Part shown: piece by piece, positions 19,860-28,989 of the stretch
Position numbering within the stretch: the stretch's first letter is position 1
How the letters are laid out: every line of letters starts with the position of its first letter
DNA from: Alphaproteobacteria bacterium
GTDB taxonomy: Bacteria; Pseudomonadota; Alphaproteobacteria; SP197
DNA length: 64,000 nucleotides
Reading direction: 5' to 3'
NCBI GenBank assembly: GCA_965200745.1
Contig: CBDAUZ010000001.1
Span: 370,896-434,895 of the forward strand
Notes under the pieces: generated by a model
Databases searched by the model: none
Told to the model about the DNA's origin: nothing
What the model saw: the letters and a program-made list of their open reading frames with translations, nothing else
Position numbers and translations under genes: made by a program

Positions 19860-22032
19860 GGTACAGGCCCGTCTCCTCCTTCATCAGCTCGTCATGTGTT
19901 CCGCGCTGAACCTCCTTTCCGTTGTTGAGCACCACGATCAGGTCGCTGTCGCGAATCGTGCTCAGCCTGTGCGCGACGATCAGACAGGTACAGCCCCGCC
20001 GGCGTATCGCGTCGTCGATCTCCAGTTCGCTGACGGTATCCAGGGCGCTGGTGGCCTCGTCGAGGATCAGGACCGACGGGCTGTTCACCAGGGCGCGGGC
20101 GATCTCCAGACGCTGACGCTGCCCGCCGCTGAAATTGCGTCCGCCTTCCTCCACCGCCGAGGCATAGCCCAGCGGGCGGGATGCGATTGCGTGGTGGATC
20201 GCCGCGTCACGCGCTGCCGCGACGATGGCCGAATCCGGCGTCGTCGGATTCCACAAGGTAAGGTTCTCGTTCACGGTACCGGCGAACAGGACGACGTTCT
20301 GGTCCACCATGGCCACCGAACTGGTCAGGATCTCGCGGGGGATCTCGTGTCGAAGATGGCCATCGAACCGGACCTCGCCCGACCAGGGCTGGTAGACACC
20401 GGCCACCAGGAGGGACAATGTCGACTTGCCGGAACCGCTCGGTCCCACGATCGCCACACGCTGCCCCGGTTCGACCGTCAGGTTGAAGTCCTCGAGCAGT
20501 GGCGGCCGGTTCTTCTGGAATCCGAATGTGATGTTGCGCAACTCCACACGCCCCACGAGTTGCAGGCGCTGGTTCAGGGTCACGAGCCTGTCGGTCTGCG
20601 CCGCTTCTTCCCCGCCGAACTCCCTGTCAGGCTCCGCATCCATGACGTCATCAAGCCTGCGCAGGTTCGCGGACATGGTCTCCAGCAGGTCGCTCAACTG
20701 GGCGAATCGTCCCACGGGACGCAGGAAGTTCATGGCCAGGATGTACGAGGCGGTCAGTGCGCCGAGCGTCATGTCTCCCGACATGACCCGCCAGCCGCCA
20801 AGTCCGATGACAAGAGCGGAACCGAGGACGAGCGCTGCCGGCGGCAAGGATTCAACGACATGGCCAAGTTCGACGAATTTCTGCCGGGCATTCAGTTCGC
20901 GTGCCTGATAGGCGGTGAACCGCGAGAAGAAATTGCCCCCCTGGGCGGTCGCCTGCAGCGAATCGATGATGCTGAGCCCGCCCATGCCGAGGCCTGACAT
21001 CATGCCCTGCTCGTGCAACAGGACATGATTGTGGTCCGTGCGCAGATAGGTGATGTATCGCATAGCCAACAGACACATCACGCCCAGAAGGCCGACTGCG
21101 ACGCCCGTCAGCGAATCGAGGACAAGTATCAGGATCAGGAATGCGAGGCTCATCACCAGCTCGATCGCGATGCCTGTCAACTGGATCGAGCCGATCAGGG
21201 CGATCTGATCGATCAATTGCATGCGCGAGGCCACGTCGCCTGCGTGGCGGCGGGTAAAGAAGTCGATGGGCAGCCGGACCAGCCGGCTCAGATAGCGGTC
21301 CGACTGCTGAACGGACAGGACAAGGGAGATCTTTCGCAGAGCGCGCATCTGGAGCCATGCCAGCATGTAGGATGCGACACCGGCGGCGATCGCAAGCCCC
21401 ATCACCAGGCCGGCCCAGCCCTCTTGGGCGTCGCCGACGACATGGTCGACGAAAACGGCCAGCAGGATGGGCAGGGCAAGCCCCGGTATTACCAGGAGGA
21501 GGCCGCAGAGGATGGCAAAGGCGAGGGCCGGACGCACGGACCTCAGCCATGGCCAGAACTGCTTGAGGATGCCGGGATGCGCTCCGCCGGGCTCGAAGGA
21601 CTCGCCCGGGGGCAATTCCAGCGTGACGCCCGTAAAGCATCGGTCGAACTCGTCCTCGCCGATGGTGCGGCGCCCCACCGCCGGGTCATTGATGAAAAAG
21701 CGGCCGCGTCCGATGCCCTCGAGAACGACAAAGTGCCGGAACTCCCAGAACAGGATGAGAGGCATCTTCATGGCCCTGAGTTGATTGATTTCCCGTCGCC
21801 ATGCCGAAGGCTGCAGACCGTATCTGCGCGCCGCCCTGAGGATATCGGCGGCATTCGCGCCGTCTCGGCCGACGCAGCAGGCCTCGCGAAGGTCCTGAAG
21901 CGGAACCCACTTTCCCAGATAGGCAAGGACGATGCCGAGGCTGGCCGCGCCGCATTCCGTGGCCTCGAGCTGCAGGATGACGGGTGTCTTGACGCGCCGG
22001 CCGGGAGTGGATTTGCGTCCGAACAGGTTCAT
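19837..22032 (-). CDS. NHLM-type bacteriocin ABC transporter with N-terminal C39 peptidase domain
   Basis: C39 motif 'LQLEATECGAASLGIVLAYLG', then TMD and NBD ('GPSGSGKST', 'FSGGQRQR'). This is the protein type that cleaves GG-leaders. Confidence 0.85.
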   Translation of the reverse strand: MNLFGRKSTPGRRVKTPVILQLEATECGAASLGIVLAYLGKWVPLQDLREACCVGRDGANAADILRAARRYGLQPSAWRREINQLRAMKMPLILFWEFRHFVVLEGIGRGRFFINDPAVGRRTIGEDEFDRCFTGVTLELPPGESFEPGGAHPGILKQFWPWLRSVRPALAFAILCGLLLVIPGLALPILLAVFVDHVVGDAQEGWAGLVMGLAIAAGVASYMLAWLQMRALRKISLVLSVQQSDRYLSRLVRLPIDFFTRRHAGDVASRMQLIDQIALIGSIQLTGIAIELVMSLAFLILILVLDSLTGVAVGLLGVMCLLAMRYITYLRTDHNHVLLHEQGMMSGLGMGGLSIIDSLQATAQGGNFFSRFTAYQARELNARQKFVELGHVVESLPPAALVLGSALVIGLGGWRVMSGDMTLGALTASYILAMNFLRPVGRFAQLSDLLETMSANLRRLDDVMDAEPDREFGGEEAAQTDRLVTLNQRLQLVGRVELRNITFGFQKNRPPLLEDFNLTVEPGQRVAIVGPSGSGKSTLSLLVAGVYQPWSGEVRFDGHLRHEIPREILTSSVAMVDQNVVLFAGTVNENLTLWNPTTPDSAIVAAARDAAIHHAIASRPLGYASAVEEGGRNFSGGQRQRLEIARALVNSPSVLILDEATSALDTVSELEIDDAIRRRGCTCLIVAHRLSTIRDSDLIVVLNNGKEVQRGTHDELMKEETGLYHELIHSS

Positions 22033-22925
22033 TGCCGTGGCGCCGACTCCGTGTCGGCCAGGAGGTCCAGCAGTGTTGCAGTTTCCACGATGATGCGGAC
22101 CCGGCAGGGCATGGCGTCCGACAGTGGCATGTCCGGTTCCTGGAGCAGGTTCAGGCGCACCATGGTCATGGCGCCCTGTCCGTGCGTGCCGCCGCCTTCC
22201 GAGAGAAGGCGAGTAAACCAGGCGGGCGGCGCAGCCGGCTCGGGAGCGACCATCACGACCTGGCCAGGCAGCGGCTGTTCGTCCGTCAAACCACCGACAA
22301 AGACCTGCGCCTTCATTCCCTTGCCGAGTTCTCGCGCCTCGGCAGGAGGAAGATAGGCGACGACCTCCACCCTGCCGCTTTCACCCATGCGCAGATCCGC
22401 CAGCGGCGTGCCGACGGCGACGGCCTGCCCCACATGAAGATGAAGTGCCGACACCACTCCCGCATAGGGCGCAAGGACCGCTCCCTCCCCGCGGCGTTGT
22501 GTCAGCCTCGCGAGTTCCTGCCGCGCCGCCGCCAGGCGTTCGTCGGTCCCGGCTTCGCGTTCGAGCACCGTCACATAGGCCAGCTGCGAGGCCAGCTGCG
22601 CCTCCAGTTCAGGCGACAGGACATGTGCGATCGGTTCACCCTTGGCAACGCCGTCCTTCACACCGACCGGAACATCCGTAACGACGCCGACTGCGCCGGC
22701 CTGCACGGTGTAGCGCTCGCCCGGATACAGGATCAGGCCTTCCGCGATCAGGGTCCGGTCCAGACTGCCGAATGCCGACCAGGAGAAAGCGGCGATGAGC
22801 GCAACAGCAAAACTGATCCGGATGATCCATTCATGGGGGGCCGTCACGCAGGCAAGGTCGTCCATGGGGTCCGGCCTGGATTGCCTCAGGAGGGCGCGTT
22901 CCCGAAAAATCCCTGGAGATAACAT
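22029..22925 (-). CDS. HlyD-family secretion adaptor (NHLM system)
   Basis: Single N-terminal TM, coiled-coil and a beta-barrel-like C-terminus. 4-bp overlap with the C39-ABC start. It is the first gene of the minus-strand operon. Confidence 0.7.
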   Translation of the reverse strand: MLSPGIFRERALLRQSRPDPMDDLACVTAPHEWIIRISFAVALIAAFSWSAFGSLDRTLIAEGLILYPGERYTVQAGAVGVVTDVPVGVKDGVAKGEPIAHVLSPELEAQLASQLAYVTVLEREAGTDERLAAARQELARLTQRRGEGAVLAPYAGVVSALHLHVGQAVAVGTPLADLRMGESGRVEVVAYLPPAEARELGKGMKAQVFVGGLTDEQPLPGQVVMVAPEPAAPPAWFTRLLSEGGGTHGQGAMTMVRLNLLQEPDMPLSDAMPCRVRIIVETATLLDLLADTESAPRQ

Positions 22926-23214
22926 TATCGGACCGACCGGCGACCTTGCTTCGAAGCTAGCCTAGGTGATGAAGCCCGGCGCGGCAACCAAGCGAAACAA
23001 TGCCGCGCTCGAGGGGCCACGTGAATGAAGGCTCTGCATGGCACGGCGGCCGCCGGCGCCGTCGGCAATACGGCTTTCGTTCCGGTATCGCTGGCTGACT
23101 CTTCCCCGAGGCCCGAGCGGCCTGACATCACGCAAGGCTTGGCGAAGGGTGATGCCTGTTGATATGATGATTCGCCCGCATGGCCGCAGGCTTCCCGCCA
23201 GCACATCGATATCA

Positions 23215-24148
23215 GAGTATGAAACATAAGTCGTTGATTTATTTGTTATTTGTTATCATGCGGTTGCTTCACGCGCCACGCGCCTGACAAGAAATCGACA
23301 GGCGGCCAATTGCGTCCAGGCCAAGGCATTGTCAGTGTGGCGCTCGTAATCCTTCGACAAGCGACGGCATCGGCCCATCCAGGCAAAGGTCCGCTCCACG
23401 ACCCACCGGCGGGGCAACACCGTGAAACCCTTGGTATCCTTCGGTTTTTCCACAATCTCGAGGATGTCTGGCAGGCCCTGTTCCCGGATCTCCTTGCGAA
23501 GTTTCGGTCCCGCATAGCCACCATCGGCATACAGTTTGGAGATCGTCGGCACCGTCGCCAACAGCTGTATGATAACCTCCAGGGCAGCGTCCCTGTCCTG
23601 GACGTCAGCCGGGTGAACCATCATGACAATCGGGCTGCCTAGCGCGTCCACGACAATGTGCCGCTTGCGGCCCTTGATCCTCTTGCCCGCGTCATAGCCA
23701 CAGGGACCGCCACTCTCCGTGGTCTTCACCGACTGGCTGTCGATCACGGCCATGCGCGGGCTCCGCAGAGCGTCCCGATAAGCACCGCACCCGATCCCGC
23801 AAGTGCTGCAGGACCTTGTCTGCGACGCCACCCGTAGAAATAGTTCTGGACCGTCGAAAATGGTGGATATTCACCGGGAAGCGCCCGCCACTGGCAGCCC
23901 GTGCTGAGAATGTACTGAATGGCGTCGAACACCGACCGCAGATCGGTCTTGCGCGGACGACCCATCTTGCCCTGCTTGGGCAGCTGCGGTCCGATGATAG
24001 CCCATTGTGCGTCCGTGAGATTGTTTTGCCGATGGTCGTCTGATCGCTTATAACGCCTGTGAGTGGTCTCGGTCCCCTCCAGATTGGGAATCGAGATCGA
24101 TCTAGTTTACCACATCTTGCGAGACCACTCGACATATGGATCAAACTC
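23215..24148 (-). mobile_element. IS5-family (IS427/IS1031-like) insertion sequence, copy 1
   Basis: 934 bp. Imperfect IRs GAGTTTGATCCATATGTCG / GAGTATGAAACATAAGTCG. Perfect 3-bp direct repeat TCA at 23212-23214 and 24149-24151. Carries orfB (23256..23831, 191 aa, DDE transposase). Its orfA lacks a start codon because of a 12-bp deletion relative to copy 2. Confidence 0.8.
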
Positions 24149-24175
24149 TCAGCGGTTCTGGCGACCTGACGGGTC

Positions 24176-25075
24176 ATGACACGGCCGCCACGCCGTTCAA
24201 CGAAACGGGGCCGGATCATGCGTGGAATGACAAGTACCCGGGATAGACCGCCGGGATCCGTTGACGGCGTAACACGGGTGACCTCGTCCCTCGAATGGAC
24301 TGCGCTGGCCGCAATTGTCCTGGCCATGATCGCCGTGTCCCTGTGGTCGGCTTTCGGAAGCCTGGACCGAAACGTGACGGTCGAGGGAGCCATCCTGCGG
24401 GGGGGAGAACGTCACGCCGTCCTGTCCGGGACCGCGGGCACGGTCGCCGAAGTGCTCGCAGGTGCGAACGACACGGTGGTGCAAGGCGCCCCCATCGCAC
24501 GGCTGTATCAGCCGGAGCTGGAGGCGCGGATCAGCGGGTTGCGGTCGCGTATCGACCGGTTGGAGCAGGCCGGCGATGCTGATGAAGGTTCCGTGACCGC
24601 GGCACGCCTCGAGCTTGCCGGGTTGACCGCGCGCCGGGTCAGCGGCGAGATCCTGGCGCCTTTTGCCGGTACCGTGACGGCAATGCATGTCGCCGTGGGA
24701 GAACCCCTGAAGGTCGGTACGCCGGTCTCGGAATTGCGACGCGCCGGAGGCGATTCCCTGGAAGTGGTGATCTTCGTTCCGGGCGACAAGGCGGAGAGGC
24801 TGCGCGAGGGCATGCGGGCGCAGGTCGAGATCGACAGCTCCGTCGCGGGGGCCGGCGTCGCCGCTGAAATCGTCGAGATTGCGACCGAGAGCGGCCCTCC
24901 ACCGGCCTGGTTCTCGCGGATTTCGGGAGTTGACGGAGCGGGCGCGACCTTGCCGCCGAGACACAGGATCCGGCTGGCCCTGCTTGATGAGCTGGACAAT
25001 CCGCCGGCCGACGCCGCGCCATGCCGGGTCCATATCATTCTCGAGACCGTCTCCTTGTTCGAACTGGTGACCTGA
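24176..25075 (+). CDS. HlyD-family secretion adaptor, orphan paralog of 22029..22925
   Basis: 299 aa, same architecture as the operon HlyD and clearly alignable to it ('LWSAFGSLDR', 'PPPAWF', 'APCRVHIILET'). Starts 25 bp after IS copy 1. A 7-9 bp stem-loop lies at 25066-25088. Confidence 0.7.
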   Translation: MTRPPRRSTKRGRIMRGMTSTRDRPPGSVDGVTRVTSSLEWTALAAIVLAMIAVSLWSAFGSLDRNVTVEGAILRGGERHAVLSGTAGTVAEVLAGANDTVVQGAPIARLYQPELEARISGLRSRIDRLEQAGDADEGSVTAARLELAGLTARRVSGEILAPFAGTVTAMHVAVGEPLKVGTPVSELRRAGGDSLEVVIFVPGDKAERLREGMRAQVEIDSSVAGAGVAAEIVEIATESGPPPAWFSRISGVDGAGATLPPRHRIRLALLDELDNPPADAAPCRVHIILETVSLFELVT

Positions 25076-26984
25076 AATCCTGGTCACCCAGTGCTTGTCG
25101 AGCCGACAATGGGTGATGGCGGCGACATGTTCGGCATTGTTGTCGAGCACATCCGCGATCCGCTGCTGCATCGCCAGTGTGGGAGAGCGCCAAGAATTCT
25201 GAATCTGGGCGAAGCGGGGCGCCAGGTTGTCGCTGGTGGCGTCGCCGGTGGCCAGAAGGGCCTCGTTCAGCGTCCAGGTTCCCGTATGGGCAAGCATGGC
25301 CTCCTTGGTGTATTTCGTCGTCGTGTACATCAGGCACAGGGCGTCATTGGCGCCCGGCGCCCGCGCCACCGTGTGGGCCGTGGCCGGCCCCGGTGCGCCC
25401 ACGCTTTTCCAGGTCTCAGAGCTTGATCCATATGTCGAGTGGTCTCGCAAGATGTGGTAAACCAGATCGATTTTTAACCACAATCTGGAGGATACCATGC
25501 CTTGGACCGAGACCACTCACAGGCGTTATAAGCGATCAGACGACCATCGGCAAAACAATCTCACGGACGCACAATGGGCTATCATCGGACCGCAGCTGCC
25601 CAAGCAGGGCAAGATGGGTCGTCCGCGCAAGACCGATCTGCGGTCGGTGTTCGACGCCATTCAGTACATTCTCAGCACGGGCTGCCAGTGGCGGGCGCTT
25701 CCCGGTGAATATCCACCATTTTCGACGGTCCAGAACTATTTCTACGGGTGGCGTCGCAGACAAGGTCCTGCAGCACTTGCGGGATCGGGTGCGGTGCTTA
25801 TCGGGACGCTCTGCGGAGCCCGCGCATGGCCGTGATCGACAGCCAGTCGGTGAAGACCACGGAGAGTGGCGGTCCCTGTGGCTATGACGCGGGCAAGAGG
25901 ATCAAGGGCCGCAAGCGGCACATTGTCGTGGACGCGCTAGGCAGCCCGATTGTCATGATGGTTCACCCGGCTGACGTCCAGGACAGGGACGCTGCCCTGG
26001 AGGTTATCATACAGCTGTTGGCGACGGTGCCGACGATCTCCAAACTGTATGCCGATGGTGGCTATGCGGGACCGAAACTTCGCAAGGAGATCCGGGAACA
26101 GGGCCTGCCAGACATCCTCGAGATTGTGGAAAAACCGAAGGATACCAAGGGTTTCACGGTGTTGCCCCGCCGGTGGGTCGTGGAGCGGACCTTTGCCTGG
26201 ATGGGCCGATGCCGTCGCTTGTCGAAGGATTACGAGCGCCACACTGACAATGCCTTGGCCTGGACGCAATTGGCCGCCTGTCGATTTCTTGTCAGGCGCG
26301 TGGCGCGTGAAGCAACCGCATGATAACAAATAACAAATAAATCAACGACTTATGTTTCATACTCTCAGGCTCATCACAGATGAAGGTGTAGATGCAGCTC
26401 CAGTAGCTTCCGGAATGGGTGTCCCACACGCAGGTGTTGGTGCGCAGTGTTCCGAAAGAGGGATGAAACGATATCGCCGCGTCCATGTCGTCGTAGTAGC
26501 CCTTGGCGGCGTGGACTGGCTTCGAGCCGCACACCTTCTCCGCGGGCTCGCCCATGAACTTCAGGCTCCCGGCGATATCGTGGCACTCCATCGCCGCCTT
26601 GGCGGCCAGTATCCCGGCCAGGGCGGAGATGCCGAGGGCGGAATGCGGATCGGTGTGGCCGGCCGCGGCATGATGGGCGCCGTCCCTGAGCTTGCGCCAG
26701 GGCACGCGGTCCTGGTTGTTGCCGGGCACGGCGTCATACTCGGGATAGGATCCGATGGTCGGCCCGCTGCCGTTCGACCAGCGCGCGCAGAAGGCGGAAG
26801 GCATGCCGCCGGAGCCTTCCTCGACCTCGATTCTCTCCCGCTTCAGGCAGTCCACATACCATGCCGCCGACCGGTATTCGCGCCACGCCGGTTCGTGAAA
26901 GACCCAGATCACGCGATGCCAGTCCGAGAGTGTCCGGCGGTTGGCTTCGACCCAGTCGATGGCCGTCTGCTTTTCAGGTGTCAT
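25076..26984 (-). pseudogene. M20-family amidohydrolase (AbgB-like), disrupted by IS copy 2 and 3'-truncated
   Basis: The 5' part (26984→26368) aligns to the AbgB N-terminal half ('GSYPEYDAVPG', 'KFMGEPAEK…KGYYDDMDAAISFHP'). Reading resumes in frame on the far side of the IS (25415→~25076, 'ETWKSVGAPG…AITHCRLDKHW') once one TSD copy is removed. Only about 320 of the ~480 expected residues remain, because the hlyD paralog lies on the opposite strand. Confidence 0.6.
25419..26364 (+). mobile_element. IS5-family (IS427/IS1031-like) insertion sequence, copy 2, intact
   Basis: 946 bp. orfA at 25497..25835 (112 aa) and orfB at 25748..26323 (191 aa) overlap out of frame, which suggests a frameshift-fusion transposase. 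3-bp TSD TCA at 25416-18 and 26365-67. Outside the deletion it is nucleotide-identical to copy 1. Confidence 0.85.
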
Positions 26985-27365
26985 GTTTGCCGCTCCGCAT
27001 GCATCAGCCGGCCCGCGCGCCTCCCTCGAGCCTATCACAGGCGGCCCTGTGAGGCACCCAAGGCCATCCCTGACATCGACCAGTCCCGGCCAGGTGCCAT
27101 GCTTGAGTCTGTTACAGGCGGCCGAATTGCGCCGACACGCCCTGTCTTCGCAATGCGTGGGTTGCGCCCGCCATGCCGGGAGGTCGAATCCCGCGCAGTT
27201 CGCCTTGTTTGTTCCGCCGGGCCCGGGGTGATGCCGGTGCGCATGGCCGGTCCGGGCCTGCAGCCCCTGATCGGCTATACCACGCAAGGCTCCGCTTCCG
27301 TTGTGGCGGTGATGCCGAAACCGCCGGTATCCGATCTGTAAAGGACGGCGGCGGGTCTCTCCGGG

Positions 27366-28448
27366 CTAGGAAGGGCCGCCGGCTTCGGATGGTGGAGGGG
27401 AAGTACGCGCTGCTGTTTGGTGGTCCGGTCGGCAAGGTGCTGCCACATCGGCTGTCGCGTGCAAGTCGAGATAGGCCTTTGCGCGCCGATCCGCGCCGTC
27501 GAGCGTGATCTTGAGATGGCTGACGCAGCGGTGGGCGTTGAGGAGTACGTGCATGTCGGAGAAGAGTTTGCTGCCGGGAAACCTTCGCAGCCCCTCGGCC
27601 TTGGCCGGCAGGCAGAGATCCTGCGCCACCAGCCAGTCGAGCATGTCCTCCATCCGGTCCTTCTCCGGCACCCATTCGAGTCCGAGCGGAGAACCGAGCC
27701 CCTCCGGTCCGACATCCAGACCGAGCATACGGCGGGACGACAGCGGTTCCAAGGCGGACGCGATCCGTTCGACCTCCGGCAGGGAGCCCGGCCAGCCGAT
27801 GCGCTCCAGAAAGCGCATCGCCGCCGCCATTGTCGCGAACGTGCAGACGAGGCGCAGACCGCGGCGCAGGCGCGCCGGAAACGTCCCGGCGTGGATCACA
27901 CGCGCCTCTTCGCCGGGAAGGAGGGAAAAGATCCGCTCGACCGTCCGGCGCTCGCCGGCGTCCTCCTCCATTCCTGCCGAGCGGGCGAGCGCCGACAGCA
28001 TGTCGCCTGGATTGCGGAACGCCTTACCGGCGGCGTCGCCGGCCGCCGTCAGGAAGAGTCCGGGTCTCCGGTCCGGTCCGGATTCAATCAGGTCGTATTC
28101 GAGAATCGGCAGGCCGACGATACGGGAAAGACAGGAACCGGGCTCTTCGAGTTGTGCGAGAAGCCAGGCCAGCGCCGCGGCCTGCGGGTCGCTTCCCTTT
28201 GCTTCGCTCCCGCGTCGGCGAAAGTGTGCCGATACGCTCGAACCGGGAACGATGGCGACGGCAAGGTCAGCCGCCGGTTCCGCCTCGCCCAGGCGGATTT
28301 CAAGCCCGAACGGGAAAATCGCCGTCGCCAGCGGCAATGTGGAGGCGCACCGGAGAACACGCTCCAAACCGGAGCCCGCAACCAGCGACTGCGGGATCTC
28401 CGGCCGGAGCGTGTCTAGAAACCAGCCGAGCGATGACCTGTTCGTCAA
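27366..28448 (-). CDS. Hypothetical protein (360 aa), family unknown; immediately downstream of the NHLP precursor
   Basis: TTG start. GC3 is high and the composition is Ala/Leu/Glu/Gly-rich and protein-like, whereas the competing plus-strand ORFs are Ser/Arg/Pro-rich. No recognisable catalytic motif. Confidence 0.5.
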   Translation of the reverse strand: MTNRSSLGWFLDTLRPEIPQSLVAGSGLERVLRCASTLPLATAIFPFGLEIRLGEAEPAADLAVAIVPGSSVSAHFRRRGSEAKGSDPQAAALAWLLAQLEEPGSCLSRIVGLPILEYDLIESGPDRRPGLFLTAAGDAAGKAFRNPGDMLSALARSAGMEEDAGERRTVERIFSLLPGEEARVIHAGTFPARLRRGLRLVCTFATMAAAMRFLERIGWPGSLPEVERIASALEPLSSRRMLGLDVGPEGLGSPLGLEWVPEKDRMEDMLDWLVAQDLCLPAKAEGLRRFPGSKLFSDMHVLLNAHRCVSHLKITLDGADRRAKAYLDLHATADVAAPCRPDHQTAARTSPPPSEAGGPS

Positions 28449-28504
28449 CGCAGGGGAAGCCTGGGTCTGGTCGGTGGATTACCGGGCCGGATGATCGGAC
28501 ATGC

Positions 28505-28789
28505 CTACCAAATATTTATTCGTGATGTAAAACTACCTCCCCCCCCCGAGAAGAAGCCTCCGCTGACTTGCGCGAGGTCGCTTTCGGAGATCATGGGGGA
28601 AGGCGGGAGCACAATGTGTACGTGCTCTGCCGATTGTTCATGCACCGAAAGCGACAAGCTGACTGGAATGGATACATCGAACTCGCTTTCGATCGTGCCG
28701 CGCGGATCGTCGAGCAGTAACTGCCGGAACGCGTCGTCCGCGCCGGCCTTTTCGATCAATTGATCGCGCATCTCTGCCGCTGTCTTCAT
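28505..28789 (-). CDS. NHLP (nitrile-hydratase-leader peptide) family RiPP precursor
   Basis: Start MKTAAEMRDQL at 28789, with AAGGAG 9 nt upstream. The 78-aa leader '…AEHVHIVLPPSPMISESDLAQVSGG' is the NHLP signature and ends in a double-Gly. The 16-aa core FFSGGGGSFTSRINIW is partly encoded by a G9 run. Confidence 0.8.
   Translation of the reverse strand: MKTAAEMRDQLIEKAGADDAFRQLLLDDPRGTIESEFDVSIPVSLSLSVHEQSAEHVHIVLPPSPMISESDLAQVSGGFFSGGGGSFTSRINIW
28539..28547. repeat. Homopolymeric tract C9 (G9 on coding strand) inside the precursor core
   Basis: Read directly. Encodes S-G-G-G of the core (TCG GGG GGG GGA). Confidence 0.9.
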
Positions 28790-28980
28790 GATACTCGTCT
28801 CCTTGTCATTATGCCAACTGATACAGGCTTGACGCATTGCCAAAACACCTGCCGCACAGGCTTGCGCTGTCTAGATACGTAGGCATGTGCTTTCTTTTTT
28901 CAACCCTCGCAACCCGCCAGCCGCATTCGCGACGCGCTGTGGCAATGTTGCACCCTTGCGCTTGCATGTGCGATGGCGAT

Positions 28981-28988
28981 CCCCCCCC
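28981..28988. repeat. Homopolymeric tract C8 abutting the IS4-like left inverted repeat, in the precursor upstream region
   Basis: Read directly. It sits between the precursor 5' region and the IS4 IR, which begins at 28990. Confidence 0.9.
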
Positions 28989-28989
28989 G

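Noticed and set aside
23025-23162. 45-aa ORF (MKALHGTAAAGAVGNTAFVPVSLADSSPRPERPDITQGLAKGDAC) between the HlyD gene and IS copy 1, considered as a second precursor
   Set aside because: No NHLP or Nif11 leader features, no GG motif, weak codon bias and no RBS. Probably intergenic.
24197-25516. 439-aa minus-strand ORF
   Set aside because: Only the first ~114 aa (25415→~25076) look like real M20 amidohydrolase sequence. The rest is an Arg/Gly/Pro-rich antisense reading of the well-supported HlyD paralog on the plus strand.
23215-26364. Composite transposon made of the two IS5 copies around the HlyD paralog
   Set aside because: Each copy has its own perfect 3-bp TSD and copy 2 sits inside a gene whose halves rejoin in frame. 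This indicates independent insertions, not a mobilised composite.
27417-28525. Three long plus-strand ORFs (333, 329 and 231 aa) overlapping the 360-aa minus-strand gene
   Set aside because: Ser/Arg/Pro-rich, low-complexity translations typical of antisense frames in high-GC DNA. The minus-strand frame has protein-like composition and fits the operon orientation.
28491-28763. Cys-rich 90-aa plus-strand ORF (…CTCSADCSC…) antisense to the precursor
   Set aside because: It is the reverse reading of the NHLP leader, whose match to the family is unambiguous on the minus strand. The Cys content comes from complementing GC-rich codons.
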